A stretch of DNA of 64,000 nt from contig NC_092353.1 of assembly GCF_963676685.1 (NCBI RefSeq), forward strand, positions 12,958,001 through 13,022,000. The letters are read 5' to 3'. Under the pieces are notes generated by a model that was given only the letters and a program-made list of their open reading frames with translations, did no database searches and had not been told where the DNA came from. The DNA comes from Mytilus edulis. Taxonomy: Eukaryota. Made by a program: the position numbers and the translations under genes. This document shows, one piece after another, positions 27,199 to 38,672 of this stretch; within the stretch, counting starts at the first letter, position 1; the number at the start of each line of letters is the position of its first letter.

Positions 27199-29229
27199 AT
27201 GCCATATACAAGTAAGTCCAAAAGTGTACCGTTTAAGAAGGGAGATGATGATAGGAGACTAATTCCTGTTGTTGAGTGGGATGAAAAGACTGAAATTAGA
27301 AAGAAATATGTCAGGCCAGATGCTGGCAAGACCAAAGAAGAAAGTTTGAATGACAAAGCCTTGACAATTTTGAAGGAAAATGTAACCAAGGTAGATAACT
27401 CAAAAAACTCAAAAGTAATATCTGTACTGAGACCAAAGCCTGGGGAATCCAGTGTGTTTGAAAGATATACAGACAACTTAATCAGAGGAGATAGGAACAC
27501 CTATAGGTTTTTGCATGCAGATAGAACCTGTAAACTATTCACTAGAGCCTTTCATGAACATTTGGAGCAGTCACCAGGCTGTTATGGGAACTTTCAATTT
27601 GATTATGATGCCGAAGAGCAGAGAACCATGTGTTGGAGAGAAAAAGTGGTTTGTACCCTGTGTAAATACGAGTCCTTGATGTACCCCTTGTATGAGGAGA
27701 TAGGGGAGGAAGGAAAAAAGGGCAGGAAAGCAGGTGCTCCCAACAGAAGGTTGCAAATTGGACTTGCAGATACAGGTATTTCAAATACTGCATGGTGCCA
27801 ATTGATGCGTACCGTTAGCCATCCAGCTCCTTCAAGGACCGACATGCAGAGACAATCCAATGAATGTGGTGATAGGTTGGTCGATATAAACAGGGAAGAT
27901 ATGAAACAGCAGCGACAAATTGTAAAACAAGCATTGGAGCGGTCAGGGTTCCCAACTGACACACCGATACCAGCAGAATGTGACACTCGATACAACAATC
28001 CGCTGTTTGGATCTCGAACGAGGACCCCGTTTCAACCTGGGAAACAAGCAACAACCACCATTGTTGAAAATGTGACAGCTAGGAAGAAGATCATTGCTGT
28101 ACATGGTGCAAATAAGCTCTGCAAAACAGCCAGCTATCTAAGGTCAACTGGGGAAAATGCAATTTGTCCGGGACACCAAGGCCACTGTTCTGCAAACCTA
28201 AAACCATGGGACTCTATTGGTAATGAGGAATTGTATGGTGAATTACTGGCAGACCAATTAGCAGAAGATGAACAGCCTCTAGTTATTGGGCAATTAACAA
28301 CAGATGGGGACAGCCATGCCTCCAGAGGTTTCAGCAAGAAACATAGTGAAAGTGTTAACCTGACACCAGAAAACTTGCGGGACCCACGACACTTGGCGTC
28401 AACACAATTGCGGAGCATTGATAAGGCAGCTTTTAGTGAATTCATGTTTGACGGAAGGACGAAAGCAAACCGTGAGAAGATTCACAGGAGATTTTCCTTG
28501 GATTTAACCAACAGATGCACTGTAGAATATAACTTTGCAATCAAGGAGGCTGCTGGGAAATTGGATAAACTTGTAAATAGACTAAGTTATGTAGCTGATT
28601 GTATTATTGACTGTTACACAGGACATTGTGGAGAGACATGCCGTGCCTATTCGTATATTTGTAAAGGGACAGAAAGTGATTTCTGGGGAAAAGAGTTCTT
28701 GCCTGAACATGCCAGATGCCTTTATATGACAGAGGATGATGAAAAACTAGTGCGTGACTGTATGAACATAAGATTTGGGAGGGAAAACTTGGAGAAAACG
28801 CGATTGGGAACAAGTACCCAAAAATGTGAAGCTACAAACAGAGGATATAATAAGTCAAATCCTAAGGATATTACCTACCAGAGAAATTTTCCTGCTAGAA
28901 TTCACCCCACTGCACATAGAATTAATCATAGACCTGGAGAATCAGCTGTTTTAAAATGTGAAGCTCTTGGTGTACCACTTTCTCCAAATTCACGTCCGAT
29001 CCATCAACTGAAAAGGGAAAACGAAATTTATGAATACCACCATAATGGCCAGTTGCGTAAAAAAAATCCTGTTGTTAAACATGAACGAACTGTTTCGAAA
29101 CTTGAAAGATTTGAACTTTACGATGAAAAATCTGTAGAAAAAGAGACATATCAGAAAGATCTGTTGGATTCAGAGAAGACTTTAACAAGTAAACGGAGAA
29201 CTCGTGCTGATTTTTCTTATACAAAGTGA
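27199..29229 (+). CDS. DDE transposase (Kolobok/Mutator-like fold), 676 aa, uninterrupted
   Basis: Putative catalytic motifs AECDTRYN, TTDGDS and TQKCEATNR; DPRH motif; N-terminal H..C/CxxC zinc-binding cluster; located inside TIR-bearing repeats. Confidence 0.85.
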   Translation: MPYTSKSKSVPFKKGDDDRRLIPVVEWDEKTEIRKKYVRPDAGKTKEESLNDKALTILKENVTKVDNSKNSKVISVLRPKPGESSVFERYTDNLIRGDRNTYRFLHADRTCKLFTRAFHEHLEQSPGCYGNFQFDYDAEEQRTMCWREKVVCTLCKYESLMYPLYEEIGEEGKKGRKAGAPNRRLQIGLADTGISNTAWCQLMRTVSHPAPSRTDMQRQSNECGDRLVDINREDMKQQRQIVKQALERSGFPTDTPIPAECDTRYNNPLFGSRTRTPFQPGKQATTTIVENVTARKKIIAVHGANKLCKTASYLRSTGENAICPGHQGHCSANLKPWDSIGNEELYGELLADQLAEDEQPLVIGQLTTDGDSHASRGFSKKHSESVNLTPENLRDPRHLASTQLRSIDKAAFSEFMFDGRTKANREKIHRRFSLDLTNRCTVEYNFAIKEAAGKLDKLVNRLSYVADCIIDCYTGHCGETCRAYSYICKGTESDFWGKEFLPEHARCLYMTEDDEKLVRDCMNIRFGRENLEKTRLGTSTQKCEATNRGYNKSNPKDITYQRNFPARIHPTAHRINHRPGESAVLKCEALGVPLSPNSRPIHQLKRENEIYEYHHNGQLRKKNPVVKHERTVSKLERFELYDEKSVEKETYQKDLLDSEKTLTSKRRTRADFSYTK

Positions 29230-29258
29230 TATTTCTGTATTTTACTTACTTACTGCAA

Positions 29259-29663
29259 CTAAATTATGTATTCTGGGTACATTCCATGTGTCTGACAGGT
29301 TTGTGGAACTAAATGTTTACATACTTGTCTGCTATTATTTATATTGGGAGGTTCTAGAGACAAATGTTCAGGATTTATACACAAACTATTGTGACATAGG
29401 TGCGAAACATGTAAATCCGCAGCCATCTCTGTTAGATCATTTTGTAACATAAACATGAATCTATGGGCCAGATAAAATTTTGTTCTTCCATTTGGCCACT
29501 TTACTTTAAGGCGACCATATTTTGGACCACGAGTTAAACCCCTTTCTCTTTGATTGACCGAAAATACTGTCGACCAAAATTGACAACCCTTGGAATTTTG
29601 GACATTTTGATCAATTTTTGAAATTAAGCCTACTAATTGCACAACTTTCCACTGAGGATCCAT
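29259..29663 (-). CDS. His-Me finger (His-Cys box/I-PpoI-like) endonuclease, about 134 aa from MDPQW (frame open upstream to 29759)
   Basis: CQFW...KYG...YLAHR...VSHLCHNSLCINPEHLSLEPPNINNSRQVC is the zinc-binding loop/beta-beta-alpha-Me signature of His-Cys box homing endonucleases. Confidence 0.88.
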   Translation of the reverse strand: MDPQWKVVQLVGLISKIDQNVQNSKGCQFWSTVFSVNQRERGLTRGPKYGRLKVKWPNGRTKFYLAHRFMFMLQNDLTEMAADLHVSHLCHNSLCINPEHLSLEPPNINNSRQVCKHLVPQTCQTHGMYPEYII

Positions 29664-29771
29664 TTTAAAAATACCATGAGGTAGTATAGTACCCAGAATA
29701 TGTAAATCAGTTGCAGCATCCTGGGAAATTTGCATTTTTAGCATGAAAAAAAATTCCAAAAATCACTACCC

Positions 29772-30225
29772 AGGTTGCAGTCTTGTAATTGATTGCTCCA
29801 TAGGCTTACATGCAAAACAGCTGATCTTCAAAAATGCTCATAGAAAAAATATTTAGTCTACATATCATGCATTTAGTAATGTTATACTATGATTTCATGC
29901 AAAAAAAATGGCACCTTGCCTCGAAGAATAAAAATTTAATCAACCTCAATGTCAAAACTCCATTTTTCTACTTTCTGTTTGCTGTTTTCATCCGACCGCA
30001 CCACTTCTAGTAAACATGAGATCCTTCTACCTTCCTGTTTTAATTTTTGAAAAAAGATGCCATATTTTTGTTACATTTAAATAGTACTTTCAATTCATCA
30101 CAAAGTTTTAATTAAACAGTAAATAGGCAGTGCAGAAAAAAATTCAGAAAAATTGGGACTATTTTATTACCCTCCATGTTTTGACATGCACCGGAAATTG
30201 AAAATGTAATACAAGACTGGTACCT
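29772..30225 (+). repeat. Long terminal direct repeat 3
   Basis: Same sequence, with a deletion of about 15 bp between two TTCAAAAAT micro-repeats. Confidence 0.92.
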
Positions 30226-32590
30226 AAACCAACATTCAAAATGCTTTTTCAATATCTGTTGAAACTGCCCATTGGTTTAATCGAAATCTAAGTAAAATAC
30301 CTGTTAACTCGTTTGGATCAGGTGGTGTATCCATTAAACAGTCGTTTAAGCTAGGAGTTTCTTGTCTTGCTCTACAGCTACAGTCAAACACTATCCTAAT
30401 AGGTGTAGTCGACGATTCTTTTTTGACGGCATGATGCGGTATGTAGTGTACTGTGTTATTAGTCGCTGTGTCTTCTCCTATCTTCTCTATAAATCCTATT
30501 CTTTCTTGTTCACCTATTATTTCTCCGTATTTCTGTAATAAATGCGGTTCCTTCTTCAGTCGTTTAATTACGTTTTCTGTTCTGCAATGGGCTATTTCTT
30601 TGTTCATTGGTAATGGTGGATGCTCTTCTTTCCAGGGTAATGTAGCAAAATATCTGTTGTCATGGTAACTGATACATGTCTTCTCATATACTTCTTTTAA
30701 TTCCTTGTTCCCTGTTTCCTTCTCATCTATTTGCTCAATTCCAAGTGTTTCTAACTTCCAAAACTTCTCCAGGTCGCATTCTTCTGTCTTTCTTGATGTC
30801 ATTACATTCATCATAGATGTTGGCTGGTCATTGTAACTTAGTGTACCGTGAAGTGGTCCTACAGTAAATAACCTATTTTTGATTTCACGGCAGTAGGTTC
30901 CTCACCTCTAATGATATCGTTTTCTATAATTGACCAATAGTAGTCGGCTCCTACGAGTACTGAGACTTGGAAATTGTCGTTCGCGGTAACTGGATGTGCG
31001 AGTTTTATCTCGGATAAATATGACAATTTAGCAGCTTTGCGGATGTAAGTTTGGAGTGGTGCGGCGATTTCCGATACTATCAATACTCTGATCGGCAGTT
31101 TTCTTTCGTCTGTGAGCAAATAAATAGTTCCAGTTTTTAAGTGTCTAATTTTCGTACTTTCTGCACTGTCCCCGAACCCGGATAAATTTTTCTGTGCCAG
31201 TTATTGATAACTGCAATTTAGCGGCTAAGTCTTCTGTGATGAACGACCTCTGTGCACCTTCATCAAAAAGAATGTTGGCTTCTAAAGATTGTAGTCCTGA
31301 ACTTACAGGGTTTATTGCGGTTTTGAGCATTACATTCGTGGTTGCCTGTGAATGTAAAATTGTGTCCGTTTCCTTCGCGCTGTGTTGAATGGTACTTACG
31401 TTCACACTATCTTCTTTATCTATTTGTGCATTATCCTTACATAAACTCGTGTGATGACGCTTATGACATTTTCTGCATGTTTTATTTGACTTACAATCAA
31501 CCAAGTTATGATGTCCTAAACAGTTGAAGCATAGGCGGTCTCTTTTTACTATTGACATGCCGTCTTTATATTCAGTTACTTTGGTACAATTTACAGAGGC
31601 GTGTGATTCGTGACAATAATCGCACTGTTTAGATTTGAAGTTAGTGTTTTGGTGATTCTTATTTTGGTGGCTGTGACTTGCTAGGTTTTTTCGAATTTCC
31701 CCTGGTAGTTTGTTCAATATTATTGGCACTAACAACGCTCCGTATGAATCATCAGTTTGTCCTAGTGATTCTAAACCTCTTATGTAAATTTGAATGTTGT
31801 CATAAAAATGTCGGAGGTTGAAAAGTGTGTACCTATGAGACGTAATATCAATAAGTTCCTGCATATACCTCTGTGTAATTTTATGTTGCTGACCATATCT
31901 TTCTTGTAATAGGGAAATTGCCTTTTCATAATTTGCATTAGTGAGGGCAAAACCTGTCATTGATTTTAGAGCTTCATCATGAAGTAACGATTTCAAATAA
32001 TTGAATTTTTGGACGTTGCTTAAGGTTGGGTTCGTATGCACGGCTGTCTCAAATGAGTCCCCAAATGATTGCCATTGAAGTATATCTCCATCGACAGTAG
32101 GGAGATTCAACTTGGGTAGTTTGTTGTATTCACTAGTTGAGCTAAAGGATGGGCGAAATTCTGACAAACGGTAATTTGAGTTGTTCTGGTGTTCTGAATA
32201 TGAAGAGTTTATAGTATGAACGGGTTAAGTAGTTTCTATTCGTAGAGTAAAAACTTTCTGCGTGTGTATTCAACGATGTAGTTTTGACTAAGATGAATTT
32301 GTTGACTTCACGAATTTTACCTTCTAAGTTAAATGCATACTCATCTGCTTCAACGATCTCTGTTTCAATATCTCCGTCGTCCAGTTCCTGTACTGTGTCC
32401 TAATCTAACTTGCGTAATATTTCTTGCTTCCGTTTCAGACTATCCAATAAGTATGACAAATCCTCCGTGTCCACGGTTTCATCATCTTCCTGTTGAACAT
32501 CTTCAAATTTCTTTATCAGTCTGGAAACTGCACTTCTATGTCCTGCTCGTATCGAACGTAGCTTCAGATTCATCCTGGTCTCGGTACCAA

Positions 32591-32753
32591 TATCGTAGAG
32601 TGGTTGTTTCGGACACAAATTAAGGCTTAGTAAATAAGAACGTCTGCTTGCAATGATACTTGTATTGAACTCTGAAAAGCTAACGTCACAACAACGGTGA
32701 CGTCGTTTACATGGAGAGCGGTAGCGGGAACACCTCATGTGCAATTCTTAACA
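32591..32753 (-). repeat. 5' LTR of BEL element 1
   Basis: Followed on the minus strand by the PBS and the gag ATG at 32573 (MNLKLRSIRAGHRSAV). Confidence 0.93.
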
Positions 32754-35700
32754 GGTTTAAATACACTTTTTGAACTTCTGAATGCCACAATCTCATTTGT
32801 TTTATTCTTTGGTTAACACTGGAGTATGAAGTTCACAGTGTAAAAATCATAAATTTGGTATCTTGTACTGACCATCTCAGTTGTTGGTCACATGAAGTTT
32901 ATGATATAAAATAAAGTTTACTATTTAAATATTTGTCTTATGTTTTCTGTCGTTAGATGGTATTTATTTCAGCAATAAAATAAGACAGGTATATATGTGA
33001 TCTCGCATTAATAGTTCATGACAAAATTATGTTGTTTACAATGTATGTACCTGGTCAATAAAACAAATGTAAAATGATAACTCAAGATGTTTAAATTTTA
33101 AGCGCTATTACTGTATTGACTAACATTTTTCCATGGGTCGTGTCAAATTTTCATATCACTTAGAATACTAAAATTTGCATCTCAATGACGATATATACAC
33201 AATGAGTTCAGGTAAAACAAAATCAGTACTAAACTCATCTGAGGTATCAGACGAATAAAACAAGTGCTTTCAAAACGAAACGCAAACGAATCAAGCCATC
33301 GTTGATGGTAAATAAAATTAGAGAGACAGTCTTTGATATTTATTTAGTCTGAGACTAAGCAAAGACAACATTTCCTACAACAGGATTTTGGTTAGATGAT
33401 TAACATTTTATAGCCGTTCTTTTATTTAAACTCTCAAATGTTTAATTTTCTGTTTTTAAATTTATATGCATTTTAGAATAAGTTTTGCATTGTTTTCATA
33501 ATTCCTTTTTTATTCTTCCGTTTTTTTATTTTATTAAAAGGTAGGATTGTTATTAATTTGACATTTTTGATTTTCATTTGTACTATTTGGTTGAGGTTTA
33601 TATTATATACTTGAATTCAAAGGAAATCAGAGTTGGTGGGAAAAAATAAACTGAAACATTATCTTAAAGATTATAAATATTGAATAAATGGGGACAAATA
33701 ATCAGAAACCGAAGAAAGACATACACCTGTCAGTTGTAATATGATTATTTAAGTATTTGACTCAACATCGTGTTATTCTTTTTATCAAAGTCAGAATTAA
33801 GCTACTTTTTTCTTTATTTACGACTGTCACTTTTGGTTCATTATCTAAATGTTATGATATACACTAACTTTTTTTTAATGATTAAACTCATTGGAGTTAA
33901 ATAAACTTTTTTAGTGAAAATAATTCCTACTTCAAATTTTCTCTATTTGAATTTAAACGTTAAATCTATGTTCCTCAATGCAACATATATAGGCTATATG
34001 ATTTGGAATATTTGCTCAATTTGTTAAGTTACAGGTCTACATAAGGAGAAATAGTTAACTTTTTCCCTATTCTGAAATAGACGTGGGTTATAACAGATAC
34101 GTGTGCTCTGTGACTTTTGTCATGCTTTTCCCTTAGATCTATATATTATTCTTTGGAGGCAGGCTTCGAAAGACGGATTGATGATGACAATGATCATGAA
34201 GTCTATATTTTACTCTTACCTCACTTTCAGCTATATACATATATGACCTTAAGTTATTATTTGAATTGAAGTCTTTTGTAATAACAACAATCCCATTTAA
34301 AACAAAACAAATATAAGGTCGGCTTCTTATTAGCAACTGAACTCCTTTGTTGAAAACTGACCTTATAACTCAGTTTTATATTGCTGTTGTAAGCTTTGAA
34401 ATTTAAAGTTGTGACATGCCAGTAGCACCTGTATGTCGAGGACCTGTCTTCAAATTGATAAAATAATTGCTTACGTGTTTTAGGCTGCAAGTTTGAACCT
34501 TCATGTTTTAAGAAATGATTATACTTAATATCCATGTATTTTTTTGTGAAACATTGAATGTTATAATAGGGCTAATTTTCTGTATAAATCTATTATCATG
34601 TAGACTTCGGAAATCCAAGCTTCTATTGCCTTTTTTTAAATACGCAAATGATTTCGAAAACTGTACCAATACAGAACAAAATGTTATAGCAAACCTTTTG
34701 GTTGAAAAATTATTATGCTCTATTGCAAAACAATTAACTTAACATATCTATCATTTCTTACTCATATTAGTTATTATGATGTGGACCGGCCATTGTTTTA
34801 AAAACAAAATCTGTCCCTCTATAAATCTATCATAACAAATGATTCCTAACAAAAGTTGTCAGTCTATGAAGTCAAATTTGTCAATCTGCCTTTTTTTGGA
34901 TCTGTCTATTTTTGGACATCAAAATTTAATACAATCGTGAAAGAGTCAATTTTGTCAACCTAACAAATTCTTTATAAAAAGTGTAATAGCATTTTGTTAG
35001 GGAATTCAATGTTTGCTATATCACGGTTGTGTTCAATGCAATTAATGATAACGCCACTATACCCATCCAAATGCTTTTTCAAGAGGCATAACATGCAAAT
35101 ATATATATATATTTTGGTATCCATTGTACTTAACTTTGGCAAAGTAGAGGAAATATATATATTTTTTTTTAATTCCGTACCATTTCAAGGACAATAACTC
35201 TTAACAAAAGACATCTGACAATTCCGTCTCTGCTCACCAATTTTAAACTAAGTCTTGCTTCTCAGATCTCATGTAAAGTTGTCAACTTTCTGTAATATCT
35301 CTTTTTTTCAAAATTAAATGCAACACATACACTAGGGTAATCATTGTAAATATAAGACACTAATTCGTACAGCAACAATTATCTATATTTACGTATACGT
35401 AGATCTTGGCTTGTTGGTCAGTTTTGCTATTTGACGCTTCTTTCTGTCGATTATGGTTTTAAAAATATTTGCCGATAACAGAAAAATTATAAAAATCAGC
35501 AATAACTTCCATTCGAAGTAAACTGATATATATATATTTTAATGTTGACTCATTTGTAGATGTTATCTTGCTGATCTTTTTTGTTAATATATAAGGCTTT
35601 TGTTTATTAATTTTCATGTTTAAGGGGCCGTTGAATATTTATAAGATGGATGGGCCGGTGCAAAATGGGGCAGGGCAACCACTTTTTTTGCGGAAATATT

Positions 35701-38672
35701 TGGATGAGCAAGATCATATTTTATAGGAAAAATGTTGCTATCAATTTTATTGGTGTGTAGGATATTTATTTTGCGGGCACTCAAAACATGTCTCAACAAA
35801 CTGGTAGCTTGGCTCATTTCTGTCAATTTTAAGAATTTAATTAAGGAATAAACCTTTCCATACACAATTGCAATGAATATTAGATAACAACTAAAATACC
35901 TTATAGCAAATTTGTTTTAGCAAAACAGCATGGATTCTGTTTTTTCATTCAATTTTTCACCCCAAAAATAAAAAAAATCATCCTAAAATAAACTGTTTCG
36001 ATAAAGTGAAACACTTTTAAAAAAAGAGGGTAATTTTTAACTTTAAAAGAAGTATTTTTTCAAAACAATCATTATTACAAGCATCAAAACTATAATAAAT
36101 GAATATAAAATACGAAAAAAACATGCCTGCTTTAAGATAAATATCTTTTATTACCCAATATAAGTTAAACAATTAAGTTTTGTACACTAAGGATACGGTT
36201 GGTAAATTGACAACAAACTCTCTAAACACAGACTGGTATGTGGCTTTAAAAAAACATTTTGTATGTTAAACCATGCATTACAAGGAACACAAGTCATCAC
36301 AGAACATATACACAATTGTAAGTATTTTGGAATACTAAAACTGCATTGTTTTCTGTATTTTATGCAGATTTCTGATTTGTAATTCCAACGATACCACCTG
36401 AACCCTTTGAATCTTTTATGATGTTTTTTTCAGTGCCAACATCACTCCAAATACCATTGAATGTGCTTTGCTTTTGTCTGATAGAAAACTCTCCTAGTTT
36501 AAAAGCTGATTCGATCTTTGCTGGTTGTGTGGAATAAACTAAATAAGTCGTATATGTACTTTGCGTTGTGTTTACTTTGCGTATAATATTTACAATGGCG
36601 AAGCTCATGCAAGGTGTAAGAAACGTCACAAACATGTGAACGTAAATACGGGAAACGTAACGTTATAACTTCGAACTATTCTCAACATACTGGGGCCCGC
36701 AAAGTGTATTTATGTACAAAACAATAGAATATTACTTTAAATGTTCATCAATAAAGAAAAGAAATTTAATTTTACACTTGCAGGAATTACTGTCTCTTCA
36801 AAACACAAAAATAGGAATCTACATTAAACTTTAACGAGTCCATGATTTTATTCTTTCCTTTGCACGAATGGATGCCTTCCGCAAGGGCAATGTTCTTGTC
36901 GGTATTTCTTCGTTGTTTTGTTCTTCCACATATTCATCAGATGGTGTTACTTCGTTTATTTCTTCTTGACGGGGTGATGCGGGATATAATGTACAATACC
37001 TTTACTAATATCGAGATCCTTAACCTTCTAAATAAATCCTCGGCGTTCTTGATCCTTGATTATCTGTCCATATACCTTAAGCATTTCGGGATCTTGACTT
37101 AATTTTCGAATGACGTTTTCAGTTCTTCGTTTTGTAACGAAGAAGTTGGTAGGCAAGGGTTCGTGATCTGGTTTCCATGGCAACTTTGCTATATACTTGT
37201 TTTCTCGAAATTCGATTGCTGACTTTTGATATGTTTCCATATAGTCTACCGTTTCAACATCTGTCGTGTTGTTATCTATTCCTAACGACTCTAATTCCCA
37301 AAATCTTTCTAAATTCAACTCCTCTGGTTTGTGCGATGTCAATATGTTGTACATAACTACATTACTCTGTTGACGATCAGACAACAAATAACCAAGTTTT
37401 GACTTTACGGCGGTTGGACCATTTCCTCTTAATATTGTATCCTCTACGAAATCCCAATAGAAATCAGCTCCAATGAGCAAGGAGATTTCAAAAGAAGAGT
37501 TGTCTTCTGTAAACGGATGAGCTAAACGTAATCCTTTCAGGTACTTTAATTCTCGTATACCATTACCGATGTAATTGCTTAAAGGGCTGGCGATGTTCGG
37601 TACTACTAGAACCTCAACTGGAATTTTCGTTCTATTTATCGACTCTACGTATACGCGTGCTCTTGACAAATGACGGACTTTGCTGTCGGTACTTTCAAAT
37701 GCCGATAAATGTATGGTTTCTGTTCCTAGTATTTCTAAATCTATTTTCGACGCTAACTCCTCGGTAACAAAAGAGCGCTGTGCTCCTTCATCAAACAAAA
37801 TGTGCGTATCAACATATCGATTTCCCCCAACTGGTGCAACGGCAGTTTTTAGAAGCACGTTCGAACGGGATTTTTCTTCAGACGAATGAAAACTTGCGGC
37901 GATCAATGTATTTTCGCTATCATCAACTACGGCATTAACTGACATTTGCTGATCATTAGTACATGTATTTCCATGGCAAAGACTTGTGTGGTGCTTTTGA
38001 TGGCACTGGCGGCAGCGAAATTTCGATTTACAATCTACGGAACGGTGTGATCCTAAACAGTTAAAACATAACTTCTTTTCTTTGACGATTGATAGGCGTG
38101 TATCGTGATCTGTAACATTTGGGCATTTTGCAGGGTCATGTAAATTCTGGCAGAATATGAAAGGTTTTTGTCGAATATTTTGTGTTTGTCTCTCACGGTT
38201 ATCGAATGTAACTACTTTACTCGGTTCACCTTTTCTATTAGCGCATGTCAAAAACGATGCGGTCATTGTGGTAGGCTGTATTGAATCCATAAACGACGAC
38301 GAGCGTTGTCCAGCTTCAATTATAGTGATTTCTTTCAAAATTCCACGTCTCAAATCAATCAATTCCCAATTATCGGAACCGTTTTCACGAGCTAAGTGTT
38401 GTCGTATTTCTGACGGAAGCTTGTTCAGTATTATCGGAATAAGTAATGCACCATACGATTCTCCGGAGCGGCCTAACGATTCAAGACCTCTTATATATGC
38501 CTCTAACTTGTCGTAATAAACACGTAGACTGAGTAGGTTGTTTTGTGGTGCTCTAAGTTCCAGCATAGCTTGCATATAAGCATTTGTAATGTTATGCGAT
38601 TGTCCGAAACGCTCCTTTAAAAGTTAAATAGCTTCCATGTAATTTGAGTTTGTGAGCGGTAACCCGTCAATA

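Larger units (their letters stand above)
21986..30225 (+). mobile_element. Tandem dimer of a long-terminal-direct-repeat DNA transposon (Kolobok superfamily, KolobokP-type): LTDR-unit-LTDR-unit-LTDR
   Basis: Three direct repeats of about 454-471 bp, each bounded by 16-bp imperfect TIRs (AGGTTGCAGTCTTGTA / TACAAGACTGGTACCT). Each internal unit carries a plus-strand DDE transposase and a convergent minus-strand His-Me finger endonuclease. No RT is present. The BEL RT frame resumes exactly across it (..KAF/NVGL | EEKDRDVT..). Confidence 0.88.
18731..32753 (-). mobile_element. BEL/Pao LTR retrotransposon 1 (decayed; interrupted at 21982-30225)
   Basis: 163-bp LTRs at 18731-18893 and 32591-32753 (about 8 mismatches); 5-bp TSD GGTTT (18726-18730, 32754-32758); PBS TGGTACCGAGACCAGGAT. 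Fragments: gag with triple Cys-His knuckles (CDYC..H, CFNCLGHH, CRKCHKRHHTSLC), protease LFDEGAQRSF, RT (YIPHHAV, DIEKAF, YVDN), RNase H (LHIFTDAS, TIPKLEL, NPAD), integrase (GVDFTG, SDNG, WERL, FWTRWKREYL). Many frameshifts and stops. Confidence 0.95.

Noticed and set aside
22470-28813. Duplicated small ORFs (62-131 aa) in and antisense to the transposon units
   Set aside because: They are shadows of the transposase frame or AT-rich chance ORFs, and appear twice only because the unit is duplicated.
21986-30225. Reading the ~470-bp direct repeats as LTRs of a retrotransposon or DIRS element
   Set aside because: There is no gag, RT, PBS or TG..CA terminus; the repeats carry TIRs and enclose a DDE-type transposase.
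32760-36350. Short ORFs and a GC-richer patch at about 35620-35700 between the two TE nests
   Set aside because: No protein motifs or paired termini were found; probably intergenic DNA with unclassifiable repeat remnants.
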